The position numbers were made by a program, and so were the translations under genes. From assembly GCF_001194135.2 (NCBI RefSeq), contig NC_068997.1:26677718-26717797 (forward strand): a stretch of 40,080 bases of DNA, in the 5' to 3' direction. Below the pieces are notes generated by a model. The model ran no database searches and was not told where the DNA came from. It was given only the letters and a program-made list of their open reading frames with translations. Positions within the stretch are counted from its first letter, which is position 1. Every line of letters begins with the position of its first letter. Positions 21,803 through 34,214 of this stretch are shown here, one piece after another. This DNA is from Octopus bimaculoides. Lineage: Eukaryota.

Positions 21803-21925
21803 CATCATCATCATCATTGTTTAACGTCTGCTTTCCATGCTGGCATGAGTTGGATGGTTTAACTGAGGACTGGCGAGCCAGATGGCTGCACCAGGCTCCA
21901 ATCTGATCTGGCAGAGTTTCTCCAC
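21803..21925 (-). mobile_element. RTE-type 3' tail fragment
   Basis: (cat)n tgtttaacgtctgctttccatgc... is the reverse complement of the 1-326 tail. Related tails lie at 32075-32233(-), 30170-30365(+), 30985-31215(+) and 11545-11810(-). Confidence 0.75.
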
Positions 21926-23567
21926 TCAGTTTCCATTTACCTGACTTACACATTAGACATTAAAGTGCTTCCCTCATAAAAGCATCTGTTGGGACAGACC
22001 ATGCCTATCATCTCCTCTAGTTATGCTACTGCTAATGGTCTTCTTGGCCTTGTGAGGTGCTGGGCTTCAGACAAAGAAGTTAACTGTTATTGTTTCACCT
22101 TACTGGAAAGTCAGATATTTGTGAGAGTGCTTGGTTGTTCCAGCATGTCAGCTTCACAATCCCCCAATAATAAACCCCATATTTTGATGTTACAAAATTT
22201 CTTGGAGAGGAACACTTGTTTTCCCTGGCATCATATATAGTTTCATGAAGCAAGTGTAGAGGAGACCTTTATTCATACTGATCACTTCTTTCCCTGTTTT
22301 TCTTCCATTCTCTTACTGTTTGTTTGCTTTTATAACTTATGTTCTTTTACACTGAAATCTTTCAGATAAATTGTTTTATAATGTCCAATGCACCATGCTT
22401 CAATTCATATAACCAATCCCAGACTATCATAATAAAAATCATCTGGGTATAAACAGATTAGAGTAACAAAGGAATAAATTTATATTTATTATCTATACTG
22501 CGTCTGTAGAACTTTGATTTATTGGCTAATGTGTTTTAAACAATAAACATCACCTGACCTTAAGATTTTAAGAGGTTTCAGTGTCACTCGCCTAATGATC
22601 ATGTGAACAATTAGTCTCAAGCTTAACGAGATTTCTTTCTGTTAATTAGTTTACTACGACTTTTGTAATAATTTGTTTGTAGTAAAACCCTTTGTGGAAA
22701 GACTAAGAACGTGTAGAATCTGCAAGTTTTGCTTTCACAAGCTAATGATGGCATCAGATTTGATTTGCTTATCTGCCGAATTTTCTTAAGGTAAATTAAA
22801 GAAAGAAAAAAGTGTTGCATTAATATAGTGAAAGAATTTTACCAGTCTTAAAATGCGTATACACACACACTTTCTTAAACTGGATTTTATGCAAATTACT
22901 ATTCAAAAAATGGTATAACGATGGAATAAACATTCAATATCTAATCTCGTCCTACAAAGTTCTTAGTGTAAATGTCAGTGCAATTAGTAAAATAAGTACC
23001 AGTAACTGAAAGATAGGCTAATTGATTATGTACTATCTGCTAAAAAAATGTTCTTATACAAAGATATATAAAAAGAAAATCATTATAAATATTTGGACTT
23101 TCGCATCGTTGAGGTCACCTAAATTTTCAAGACAACATTTTTAACATAGCATTTATTAATTCATTCAGCGCCTTAATCCACTCCTCTAGGCGCCGTTAGG
23201 TTTCGTTGCACAAAAATAGAGGTTATCATTTGTTTCAGTCGGAATGTGAGGAATACATTGGAAGCATCTAGTAGGAAAAATCTCGAAGACAACAAACGTA
23301 AAATAAGTCGAATTCCTGCTATTTCAGGAAACATTTTAGAGTTATCCCCCTTTACTAATTTATTACGTATTTATTTATTTATTTTTGACAGATCAAGAGA
23401 TTTTCGTATATATTATTTCTCTTAAAATTACATTCAGCGTAGACAATGTTTTAAAAAAATATATTTGTTCTTAAAAATTTTATCGTGGAATACCGATTTT
23501 GAAAAAATAAACTGAGAACTTGTTGCTGTGTGTTTGGCTTTAAAAGATTTCTTACTAGAAGCAGCAT

Positions 23568-23595
23568 CAAAATGGCCGCTTACGGTGGAAGGCTG
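23568..23595 (+). promoter_or_regulatory. Putative DMXL 5' leader segment with YY1-type motif (AAAATGGCCGC) containing an upstream ATG
   Basis: caaaatggccgc at ~23568-23579, followed by a possible weak donor CTG|gtttgt at 23595/23596. It lies ~160 bp upstream of the DMXL ATG in a CpG-retaining region. Confidence 0.45.
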
Positions 23596-23730
23596 GTTTG
23601 TGTTTTCCGATGTTTCCAGATTGGATTATTAGTCACTGATGGAATATACCTGATATTGTAAAATAGCTCCCCTCTCACAAACATATATTTATATATATAT
23701 ATAAATATATATTAGAAATAACCAACAGAG

Positions 23731-23817
23731 ATGAACCGCCATCAAGTTTTGACTGGCGCCTGTAATTCAGGAGACCAATGTTTTGCAGTTGGGAGCGTTG
23801 AAGGAATACACTTTACG
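23731..23817 (+). CDS. DMXL2: First coding exon of DmX-like protein / Rabconnectin-3 alpha (DMXL1/DMXL2 co-orthologue)
   Basis: MNRHQVLTGACNSGDQCFAVGSVEGIHFT|gtaagt aligns with the N-termini I recall for human DMXL1 (MNLHQVLTGAVNPGDHCFSVGSIGDQRFT) and DMXL2 (MHLHQVLTGAVNPGDNCYSVGSVGDVPFT). It has 29 codons and a perfect phase-0 donor, and is preceded by acceptor-like aaccaacag at 23728. Exon 2 (AY..GC.IVIL) was not found downstream in the window. Confidence 0.93.
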
Positions 23818-26598
23818 GTAAGTAGTAGTAATAATAATAACAATGATTTCTAACAACGAGACAGGACATCGAATGTTGATGGGAGGGTATTGACGATTAT
23901 GTCGAACAGTTCGCCTAACAGTATATGACAAGTACTTATCTTTTACAGACTGGGGAAGGATAAAAGCAAAAGGAATCGTCCCCGGTTTATCACTCTACCG
24001 AGGTCGATAAAATAATATAATCGATTTCTAGCATAGGCACAAAGCTACATATTTTTGCGGAGGTGTGTTGTCACTTTTAATCAAATCTCTGGGACTTGAT
24101 TGGTATTTAATTTTATTGTGGTCTTGGATAAAATGAAAAGCCAAGTCGACCCTGGCCTTTCATCCTTCTGAGGGCGATAATGATTTCTATTGATTAGACG
24201 TTAAGGTGATACACGATGATTGTCTTTGCAGCTAGGTTGACATTGTGGTAATAATACACCTACTCACTTCCACAGAAACGTCGGTGTGGTCTCTTGACCT
24301 GCTTGAAATCGCAGCCAATTCTCTCAAATCAAACCCTAACATTTTGGAAAGGGCAACGACGTTGCATAATGTGGTCCCACCCTTTGAAAGATGGCAATAG
24401 CGGAAATTCTTTGAAGAGGGTCGACTTGGGGTTGAACATCACTGCCTTTAACAACAACAACGGAAGCCCTTCAGTTTGCTTTACCTCTGACATGCCTCTA
24501 ACATTTGTTTTCGTTTCTTTTTCCTTCTTTTCCATGTAATGTTAGACGACATTTAATCTCCCCACCTCCTCCCATTTCACCCTTACTGCAAATGAAAAGC
24601 TTTTGTTGCTGCCAGACATGGAAACTCAGTTTTTAGGTATTTTCAACCTTGTGGTAGCATATAGTTTTTTTATGCGTATTTAGTAATGCATTATCTAATG
24701 TATGTGCTTTTTATTATATATATATTTTTTATTTATCTATGTATTTTTGAGACGGTGGTTGGTGATTTTTGAGGGAGATTTAGTTTGTTATTTCTAACGA
24801 GTCGAACGGACACGTAGGAGACCTCTAAGCTGGCTCCTAGCTGCCGATAGTTCTGGTAGTTGTGTCGCTGGTTATAGTCATCATTGGATAAGATCCATAA
24901 TGAAAGATTATACAGCTAATAACACCCGGTCTTTCATTCAGACTTGGTGCATGTAGGATTGCACTATTCAATATGCCCTGCCTATCTGGAGACAGTAGGA
25001 TGTAATATTAGGGAGATTTGGACGCTTTTACTCGCAGGTCTAGTGTGTTCATTAGGCCGAATTGTTAATGGTTTATCCTGTACGTGGTATATGTTGTCTA
25101 TGTTTAATTTTTCTTGGCGTAACAATCTTTTTTTTCTACTGATTGTTCCCCGTCGTTAACAAGAGCCCTTATACATACGTATTTCCATATATTGTGAAAG
25201 GGATTTATTAAAAATTAATTTAATTGCAGAAAACACAAGCTTATCTAGACTTAACCCTTTTTCCCGGTTTCATACCATCACCTGGCCCTCGCGTGTCTTC
25301 AGCGGAGTCCGCTGAAGCCCCGTAAAAAAAAAAAAAAGTCAGGGGCACAACCGTCTCCTGACCGAGACATCACACTCACACATCTATCTATCTATCTATC
25401 GTACAACAGCATAGACACATACAATTATAATGTAATTACTTATATGAACTAATACTTAAGACTTATTCTTGGATGTAACCCATGAACAATAAATTCTATA
25501 TGCATGAGTATATAGTCATCTTATACACACGTACAACAATACATAAAGGCGCGCGCACGCGTTACGACATGAATGTCGAAGATATGATTTTAAAAATGAT
25601 ATTGTATATATTGCTCAATGTAGTTTATTCATTCCGTTTTCGTAAGTTGAACTCTTGACACGGATATAATTAACACGCAGACACAGACGTATGTGTTTGT
25701 ATTGACCTCGGCCGGAGTCCACATCCCGCCGAGGTCAACTTCGTCTTTCATCCTTTCGGGAACGAAAATATAAGTACCAGTACTTATGGTACCATAAGTA
25801 CCAGGGGATGACGTCGACTTACCCTTGCTCCTAAAATTGCTGGCCCTCTACCAAAATTTGAAACCGTAATAATAATTATTATTATGGAAATTTAGCATTA
25901 AACAATGTCCTTTTGATTAATTTAAAATATAAAGAGAAGCTTGAATGTGCTTTCTTTGCACGCTTATACACATTTTCAGTATGACAGGTATTTTAAGGTG
26001 CGATTTAAGCATTGCTTATCTACCAAACTCTCCGAAAACGTACATATACACACACGTATATATTTTCATATGTAAAAGCATCGCGTGCACCGCTAGAAAA
26101 AGAAGAAAACAGATAAAAGACCACCACCGCCTTCTTTTGTAAAATGTCTTTCCATTTATCCTTTAGACTTACGAAGCTATCTAAAAAAAAAAATTAAAAT
26201 GTCTGTGTACTTCTAACTAACAGATTGCTTGAGAAAATGCATGTCCCATTATCTGACTTTGGTCTGACAATCTGTAGAATTCTAGCTGGAAGATTTCAAT
26301 CAATATAGGTCTCTCTCTCTCTCTCATGACGTTGGCAAGTGGGTGTGGATGTCTCTCTGACGATGCTTTGCAGATTGTCTTCACTAGGCCGGCTCTTTCT
26401 ATCCGATTGTGTAACACTAATATTGTCGGCAACAAAATATTCCCCCAATTTTAAAACGAAATAGTTTATAATGATTACTATTACTGGTATTTATTTGATT
26501 TGTTAATTATTAACAACAATCGGTAATCTGTATAGAAATCCCCAGATTTACTCTCTGGTTATCTTCATCCCTCCGTAATTAAAAAAAAAATTATAGCT

Positions 26599-26647
<49 letters not shown>

Positions 26648-27013
26648 GTGTGTGTGTGTCTTCTTTCGGTCACCTTGCGGCAAATAAAAGAAAATATTAG
26701 TAGATACCGTTGTTGTTGTTGTTATTACTACTATTATCCCGCCGAGGTCAATTTTGCCTTCCGTCCCTCCCCCGGGGTCAATATCATAAAGTATAAGTTG
26801 AGCGCTAGGGTCGATGTAATTGACTTATCTCCTCCCCTCAAAATTGCTATCCCTGTATCACTATTATTATACTCCAGTTTGATAAGTATCGAATGGGAGA
26901 CGACGAAATCGTTGCTTAATAAAATCGATATTTGCGGAGGCGAGAAATAATCGTGAAAGATCTTAGCCGACTGTTCTCTGTCTGAATCGTTATAACGACG
27001 AACAAACATAACC

Positions 27014-27238
27014 TTGGTAGAATCGTTAGAACATTGGGGGTAAAAATTGCTTTGCGGTATTTATTTCGGCTCTTTGCGTTCTGAGTTCAAATCCTGTCGG
27101 GGTCAACTTTGCTTTTCATCCTTTCGGGGTCGATGAAATAGAAGTACCAGTCAAGTGATGAGTACTCTTATTTCGACTAACACTCTCCACTCGGCCCAAC
27201 CCCTCAGAGTCGCTGGCCTTGTGACTAAACCAGAAACC
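27014..27238 (+). mobile_element. Family B tRNA-derived SINE
   Basis: gtagaatcgttagaac...ttctgagttcaaatcc...ggtcaactttgcttttcatcctttcggggtcgat...aagtaccagt. Confidence 0.75.
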
Positions 27239-27509
27239 ATTATTATCATTATCTACTACATAACTTGAGGGATATTTATGTGTGTGCATAACGTGTGTAT
27301 GTATGTGTATGCGTGTATGTAGAATGTATGTGTGTTGACAGAAAGAAAGAAGGCTGACAACGAGGACTGTTGGACCCAGCTGCACTCCAATTCCTATGTC
27401 CCCGTTGCCAGGGTAGGGTTCTTTTAGGTTTGATTATAGGCATAATTAGAACAGCACAAAAATAAATAAATATCCGAATGAAATTATATTTTCAGAACCG
27501 AGATAAGAG

Positions 27510-27629
27510 TTGTACGAAGCTGGTGATTTTACTCCGTCGCTAACTCAGAGTTTTCTAGCTCGATACATTTGACGTCGCCCGATCGATAGTATCGATCGGG
27601 CGACGGAGTGAATCACCAACTTTGTACAA
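27510..27629. mobile_element. Small palindromic MITE-like element
   Basis: Outer ~30-bp imperfect inverted repeats (27510-27540 / 27600-27629) and an inner perfect 16+1+16 palindrome (27573-27605). Confidence 0.55.
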
Positions 27630-27710
27630 ATAATTATACCCTGCAACACGGTTTGGGCTATTCTTTTTCTTGTTTACGAAACAAAATAATGTGGGCACCC
27701 GCCCTCACAC

Positions 27711-27742
<32 letters not shown>

Positions 27743-28153
27743 GTCTGTCTGTCTGTCTGTCTATCTGTCTAGTGTATTTATGTATGCAATATGTGTGTTG
27801 AGATGAATGTATCGATATGTATGTATAATGAGTATTCAATATTTGTGTGTGTGTGTATTTATGTATGTTTATAGGTGGTAATAGATGCTCAGCATCTCAC
27901 GAGTAGAAAATAAGATGTTACAATGTGAGACACCACCCGATCAACAACCTATATTGCTCTTTTCCCGTTTTTTCTTACCTTTCTTCTTTTCTCCTTATCC
28001 CTTAACAAAGCCTATATTTATCGGTATGTTTAGAAGGGCAGGCATTATAACTATTTAGGGAAGAATTCACAAAAACAAAAACAAAAAGCAAAAGACGAAG
28101 ACTGGTGGTGTAGACAACTAACAAATGTATTAGTTTAGGTGAAGTGAAAAAGT

Positions 28154-28189
28154 CTTTAACGTTTCGAGCCTACGCTCTTCCACAGAAAG
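28154..28189 (-). ncRNA. Variant minimal hammerhead-like motif in a second Penelope-type tail fragment (~28080-28230)
   Basis: Reverse complement CUUU-CUGUGGA-a-GAGC(GUAG)GCUC-GAAAC-GUU-AAAG: stems I and II and GAAACGU are intact, but the core reads CUGUGGA instead of CUGANGA. Confidence 0.4.
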
Positions 28190-28324
28190 GAACAAGGAGA
28201 GAAAATAAAGAATGTGTAGTGGTTAGTGATCTTAGTTCAGTTTGGTTTGCGCCAGGGTACGTTGTACAAGCGAATTTAATTTACCAGTCATCGGTGGTAC
28301 AGTTATGAAATTTATAAAGTGAAT

Positions 28325-28500
28325 TTGTCCTATCTATCTATCTGTCCCTCTATTTTTATATCTATCTGTCCCTCTATTTTTATATCTATCTGTCTATCTA
28401 CATATCTATCTGTCCATCTATCTATCTGTCTTTATATCTGTCTATCTATCTGTATATCTTTCTATCTACCTATCTGTCTGTCTGTCTGTCTATCTATCTA
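28325..28500. repeat. (TCTA/TCTG)n microsatellite
   Basis: Direct inspection; a similar tract lies at 27711-27770. Confidence 0.9.
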
Positions 28501-28659
28501 CACATACACACGAGGATGGAAGCCAACTTAGTATTGAATATATTTCGCTCAACACTCGTGCTTGAGTTGAAAAAGGACTCAATACAGAATGTGAGGTATA
28601 AGATAATTATTACAGACCCCGACATTGCTGTCTGTCTGTCCCTCCTTCTCCCCCTCTTT

Positions 28660-28707
<48 letters not shown>

Positions 28708-29462
28708 GTGCAAAGACGTAAGATTTCTAGTTCTCTGTCTTTTTTTGTTTTTCTTGCTGAAGTGATTGATTGATTGATTGGAGTAAAGTGTATTGATCTG
28801 ATTTTGAGTTGCAAAAGATTACATCTATGAAGGTAGGATTAGCGTTGAATTTCACCATTTTCTATTGGACATTGTATTTGCGTAGGTAGTAGACTAGTTC
28901 TTGACTTTATAGCAGGCCGCAAATGAAAGAAGAAAGCCGTAGAAATTCTCTTCCTGTGGCCTTTCTTGTCTCGTTGTCTCGTCTTTCCTAAGCTGCAGTT
29001 AAAAGTTTGAATGAATGAAGTTGCAACGTAAAATTGCTCTTTCTCACCCTCCCTCTCGCTCTCTCTCTCTCCTGTAGTTAAAACCTTCTAACACAATAAA
29101 GCAACGTTGTTATACTTTTAGCTAGGCACAATGCGTTTGTTGTTGCTTAACCCCAGGTCAGCTCTGATCAAGCAAACTTGCGTTCAGGCCCAAGGCAATT
29201 TGGCCCGTGCCTGTGCTCGTGACCCGTCAATCTCATATTCAGACATTGTGTTTCTAGGACCACGGGGAGAATTCAGCTGCTTTTTCTAGTAGGTCGAGCG
29301 ACTACGTAGAAGCTGGTCAGTGCGTTTGCTTTTCATGAGACAACTTGTACGTACATACAGCAATGTGTATATTTACATACACACATGCATCCATATATAG
29401 ACACGCACATACATACACTCACACACATACATAAACACATACATACATGTATAATGTACATA

Positions 29463-29597
29463 GGCGTAGGAGTGGCTGTGTGGTAAGTAGCTTGCTTACA
29501 AACCACATGATTCCGGGTTCAGTCTCACTGCGTGGCACCTCGTGCCGACCAAAGCCTTATGAGTGGATTTGGTAGACGGAAACTGAAAGAAGCCTGT

Positions 29598-29696
<99 letters not shown>

Positions 29697-29882
29697 TTGT
29701 CCCCCCAACATCGCTTGACAACCGATGCTGGTGTGTATACGTCCCCATAACCTAGCAGTTCAGCAGCAAAAGAGACCGATAGAATAAGTACTAGGCTTAC
29801 AAAGAATAAGTCTTGGGGTCGATTTGCTCAACTAAAGGCGGTGCTTCAGCATGGCCGCAGTCAAATGACTGAAACAAGTAAA
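29463..29882 (+). mobile_element. Family A SINE, near full length
   Basis: Head ggagtggctgtgtggtaagtagcttgc, core, (TA)n, and tail tgactgaaacaagtaaaa. An inverted head-only copy follows at ~29905-30035. Confidence 0.85.
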
Positions 29883-30520
29883 ATATATATATATATATAT
29901 ATATATAGGTACAGGTATGACTGTGTGGTAAGCAGTTTCCTTCCCAACCACATGGTTTTCGGTTCAGCCCCACTGTGTGACACCTTGGGTAAGTGTCTTC
30001 AATCAAAACCTTGTGAGTGAATTTGGTAGAGGGTAACTATTGTTGTACTTGATAAGTCGTGTCAAACTAAGCAAAATCATTGTCTTCCACACATACAGGC
30101 TGGTCCTTTCAGGTGCTGGTTCCTCTTAAAAAGCAGCTGCGTCGGTGCTGCATTAACACACCTGTGTCAGTGGTGCAAAATGCACCCATGCCAGTGGTAC
30201 ATAAAAAGCATCCAGCATGCTTGGTTAAGTGGTTGGCATTAGGAAGGGCATCCAAGCATAGAAACCATGCCACAGCAGACGATTGAAGTCTGGACAGCTG
30301 CCAGCTGCATGTCAAACCGTCCGACCCATGCCAGCATGGAAAGTGCATGTTAAACAACGATGACAATATATTATACATATATCTTCTGTGAAGACACGCC
30401 TGGTCATGGGGCATATTGCCTTGCTTGGAAATAAGTGACGCTTGGTAACAGGAAAGATATCTGGACAGAGAAAATCTGTGTCAACCTATATGAGCACGGA
30501 AAAGTTGACGTTAAAACAGT

Positions 30521-30556
<36 letters not shown>

Positions 30557-30560
30557 AAAG

Positions 30561-30850
30561 TGCATGGCTCTGGTTAGAGCATTCGGCTCACAATCATGAG
30601 GTAGTGAGTTTGATTCCTGGACTGGGCTGTGTGTTGTGCTCTTGAGCAAGACACTTTATTTTGTGTTGCTCCAGTTAACTCACCTGTAGAAATGAGTTGC
30701 AACATCATTGGTGCCAAGCTGTATTGGCCTTTACCTTTCCCTTGGATAACATCAGTGGTGCGGAGAGTGGAGGCTGGTATATGAGGGCGACTGTTGATCT
30801 TCCTTCAACAGCCTTGCCTGAACTTGAGCCTCAGAGGGTAACTTTCAAGT
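30561..30850 (+). mobile_element. tRNA-derived SINE (family C)
   Basis: A-box-like tggctctggttagagc and B-box-like gagtttgattcc, then ttgagcaagacactttatt. Related copies lie at 15615-15785(-), 37130-37290(-) and 39440-39600(+). Confidence 0.7.
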
Positions 30851-32038
30851 TTGCTGTTTGTTGATCAACTGGAACCCCCCCTCCCATCATTGTAACAGAG
30901 TGCCAATTTTTTTTTTTTAAGTGCATTACATAAGTACAGGTATTTACATAGATGCATGCATTATTTTGATAAATACATTACATATAAAAGCAGTAGGTGC
31001 TGGTACCACATAAGAAGCACCAGTGATGGTGTCGCATAAAAAGCACCCAGTACACTCTGTGGAGTGGTTGGTGTTGGGAAGGACATCCAGCCATAAAAAC
31101 CAAGCCAAAACAGACTATGGGACCTGGTACAGCCACTGACCTTGTCAGTTCCTATCAAGCCACCCAACCCATGCCATCATGGAAAATGGATGTTAAATGT
31201 TGATGATGATGATGCATACATACATATTTACGCACATACCTTATATAGAATACATACATTTTCATACTTATAGTCATACTTGTAAATATCTAAGATAAAA
31301 TGCTGTTAAGTTTTTAGTTTTTAAAACTTCTTTTTATGATTTGTATGTGCTTAGCAGGCTTACAGCCATTGTTTGAAGCATGTTTCTTTTAATAGTCAGT
31401 GACAGTTTCCTCAGGCATAAGATGACAGTAATTGCATAAGCGTTTGTGGGTGTGTGTGTGGGTGTTTGAGTGAGAAAGAAAGTGGAACAGATGTGGGATT
31501 GATCATATATCTTACTAGAAAGTGTGTGGTGTATGTATATGAATCCTTGATTCACTCTGAAGGATGATCAGCAGTTGGGTCCTTAAAAATCAAGAGATTT
31601 TTATAATAGCAATTAATGATAGTTTATAGCATCCATATCAATGCTGTCCTAAATATATATATATATATATATATATAGTTATGTGTATTTCTTCTATCTT
31701 AATGAATAAAAATTCTTCTGATAGAATAAATGGGTTAATAGAAACCAATGTAGCAAAGAACACAAAATAACTGTGGTTAGCTCCTGTTTTAAAGCAGGAA
31801 CTCCTTGAAATTTTGGGTATTTGAGTATATTTAAGAATTTAAGGATTGGAGAAAACGCATGTTATAATTGCATACTTTATTCCTACATATGTTTCAAAGG
31901 ATTACAACCTGTGTGATCCATAGGGATCTTTGATATTAAAATTGTAACCTTCTCATCAGGGAAAACATGGGAATCATCTTAAACGTAAGACATTATGACC
32001 GATTATGAAAACAATAGATGGATAAGGTTATGACTTGA

Positions 32039-32077
<39 letters not shown>

Positions 32078-33039
32078 TCATCATGATTGTTTAACGTCTG
32101 CTTTCCATGCTGGCATGGGTTGGACGATTTGACTGAGGACTGGTGAAACCAGATGGCTACACCAGGCTCCAATCTGATTTGGCAGAGTTTCTACAGCTGG
32201 ATGCCCTTCCTAACGTCAACCACTCAGAGAGTGCACACACTGCAATGAATAAAAATGACAGGGAGCTTATAAAATGAGAGATGAAACATATGGAAAACAT
32301 CAGCTGGCAGTTTATGTTGTTCACATGCTCACCAAAGTCAAATGCTTTACTGATCTTTAGTGTAATAATGTTACTTTCACCAAATTTCTCTAATTGATGA
32401 TATAGGAGAGCAGGTGTCCCGTAGATCTGGCTTTAAGGGACCCCCCCATTTTGGTGCTCATTGAGGAGAGAGAGGGTTAGAAGGTGTAGGGGAAGGTGGT
32501 TGTTAATAGTTGTCTCCATTACCTTTGAGATGTTGGAAGTGAGAGAGAGAGATAGGCTGATTATATTACTACACTAATGCTAAATCCTGTGTCATATCGT
32601 AACCCTCAAATTTTTTTGTCAAAATAGGAAATATTTATAGATGTTAAATAATTCAACCTCCCCCACTCAATAAATAAATAAATAAACAAACAAACAGTAA
32701 AAGAATGTTTAAATTATATAAAATATTTTTTTGTGAAAATTGTTAAAATCACTGTTTGATAAATTGAATGGTTTTGTGAAGGGAACAAAACTTCCAAGTG
32801 TTTTGTGTATGGCAATAAATAGGCAGCAGTATTGAACTTGGATCAATAACAACAACATTACAATATGTGTGTGGTGGTGGGGGTTACTATTAGAATAACC
32901 CATAAATGAATGCTCTGACCACATGAAATATTCTACATTTCAAAGCAGCATTGTGTGGCAAGATTTATTGATATTCAATTGTTGTTGTTTTATAGTTCTC
33001 TTCACTTCTGCCACTCTTTACCAAAGTCCACTCTGCTCT

Positions 33040-33700
33040 GTGGTGGTGGTGGTGGTGNNNNNNNNNNNNNNNNNNNNNNNNNNNNNNNNNNNNNNNNNNN
33101 NNNNNNNNNNNNNNNNNNNNNNNNNNNNNNNNNNNNNNNNNNNNNNNNNNNNNNNNNNNNNNNNNNNNNNNNNNNNNNNNNNNNNNNNNNNNNNNNNNNN
33201 NNNNNNNNNNNNNNNNNNNNNNNNNNNNNNNNNNNNNNNNNNNNNNNNNNNNNNNNNNNNNNNNNNNNNNNNNNNNNNNNNNNNNNNNNNNNNNNNNNNN
33301 NNNNNNNNNNNNNNNNNNNNNNNNNNNNNNNNNNNNNNNNNNNNNNNNNNNNNNNNNNNNNNNNNNNNNNNNNNNNNNNNNNNNNNNNNNNNNNNNNNNN
33401 NNNNNNNNNNNNNNNNNNNNNNNNNNNNNNNNNNNNNNNNNNNNNNNNNNNNNNNNNNNNNNNNNNNNNNNNNNNNNNNNNNNNNNNNNNNNNNNNNNNN
33501 NNNNNNNNNNNNNNNNNNNNNNNNNNNNNNNNNNNNNNNNNNNNNNNNNNNNNNNNNNNNNNNNNNNNNNNNNNNNNNNNNNNNNNNNNNNNNNNNNNNN
33601 NNNNNNNNNNNNNNGTGGTTGTGGCAGTGGTGGTGGTGGTGGTACTGCTGCTACTGATGATAGTAGTGGTTGTGGCAGTGGTGGTGGTGGTGGTACTGCT
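33040..33700. repeat. (GTG)n-rich compound repeat containing an assembly gap (33058-33614)
   Basis: GTG runs on both sides of the N run, and a repeated gtggttgtggcagtggtggtggtggtggtactgctgc unit on the right. Confidence 0.9.
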
Positions 33701-34214
33701 GCAAGAATATAAAATAGTATTGAATTACTAGTATTTTCTTCATGTCTGGAGCCCACAGTAGGGATTGAACTTTCTATTGTTAGTTAATAGTACACTCACT
33801 CATTAACTCACTCCTTGCAATGCTACATGTTTTGGATGATAGACCTAATCTAGTGGATCCCAAGTAGTGCACTGCGGATTTAAAAAAATACAATTTTAAG
33901 GCTTTAGAAAATCCATACTAAATCTTGAATGTCTTGAAAAGTCATGTTATTCATAATTTTACTACACACAAGTAGGATTAGTTAATCTAAACAATTGTTT
34001 TCAATATTTTTTCTTAAGATTTTAAACACAGTTCACCTATAAGAATGCTACAGTTAAGTTACCTTTTCCCTGCATTAAGTATGATACACAAATGACTTGC
34101 TTGCCATCACATCTGAAACATTTTTTCTTATGTTGACAGTACAACCTTTCATTCTTCTCTAGCCTTCCCCAACCATGCATCACCCACACACAGCTAAAAC
34201 ATCACATATCAGAT

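Noticed and set aside
21989-22260. 83-aa plus ORF
   Set aside because: The minus strand looks vaguely like a decayed RTE-type C-terminus, but it is too degenerate to call and shows no exon signals.
22623-22820. 65-aa minus ORF, and a plus-strand donor AAG|gtaaat at 22790
   Set aside because: Splice-like signals occur on both strands with no homology. It could be a UTR exon of DMXL or of a divergent gene, but this cannot be supported.
26217-26435. 72-aa minus ORF and alternative frame VTQSDRKSRPSEDNLQSIVRE
   Set aside because: It runs through a (GA)n tract, has no convincing donor and no recognisable motif.
26734-27009. 91-aa minus ORF MFVRRYNDSDREQSAK...
   Set aside because: The C-terminal half is family B SINE sequence; no splice or homology support.
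31358-31402. Possible DMXL exon 2: ttagcag|GCT TAC AGC CAT TGT (AYSHC...)
   Set aside because: It begins AY as expected but does not match AY..GC.IVIL and hits a stop after 14 codons.
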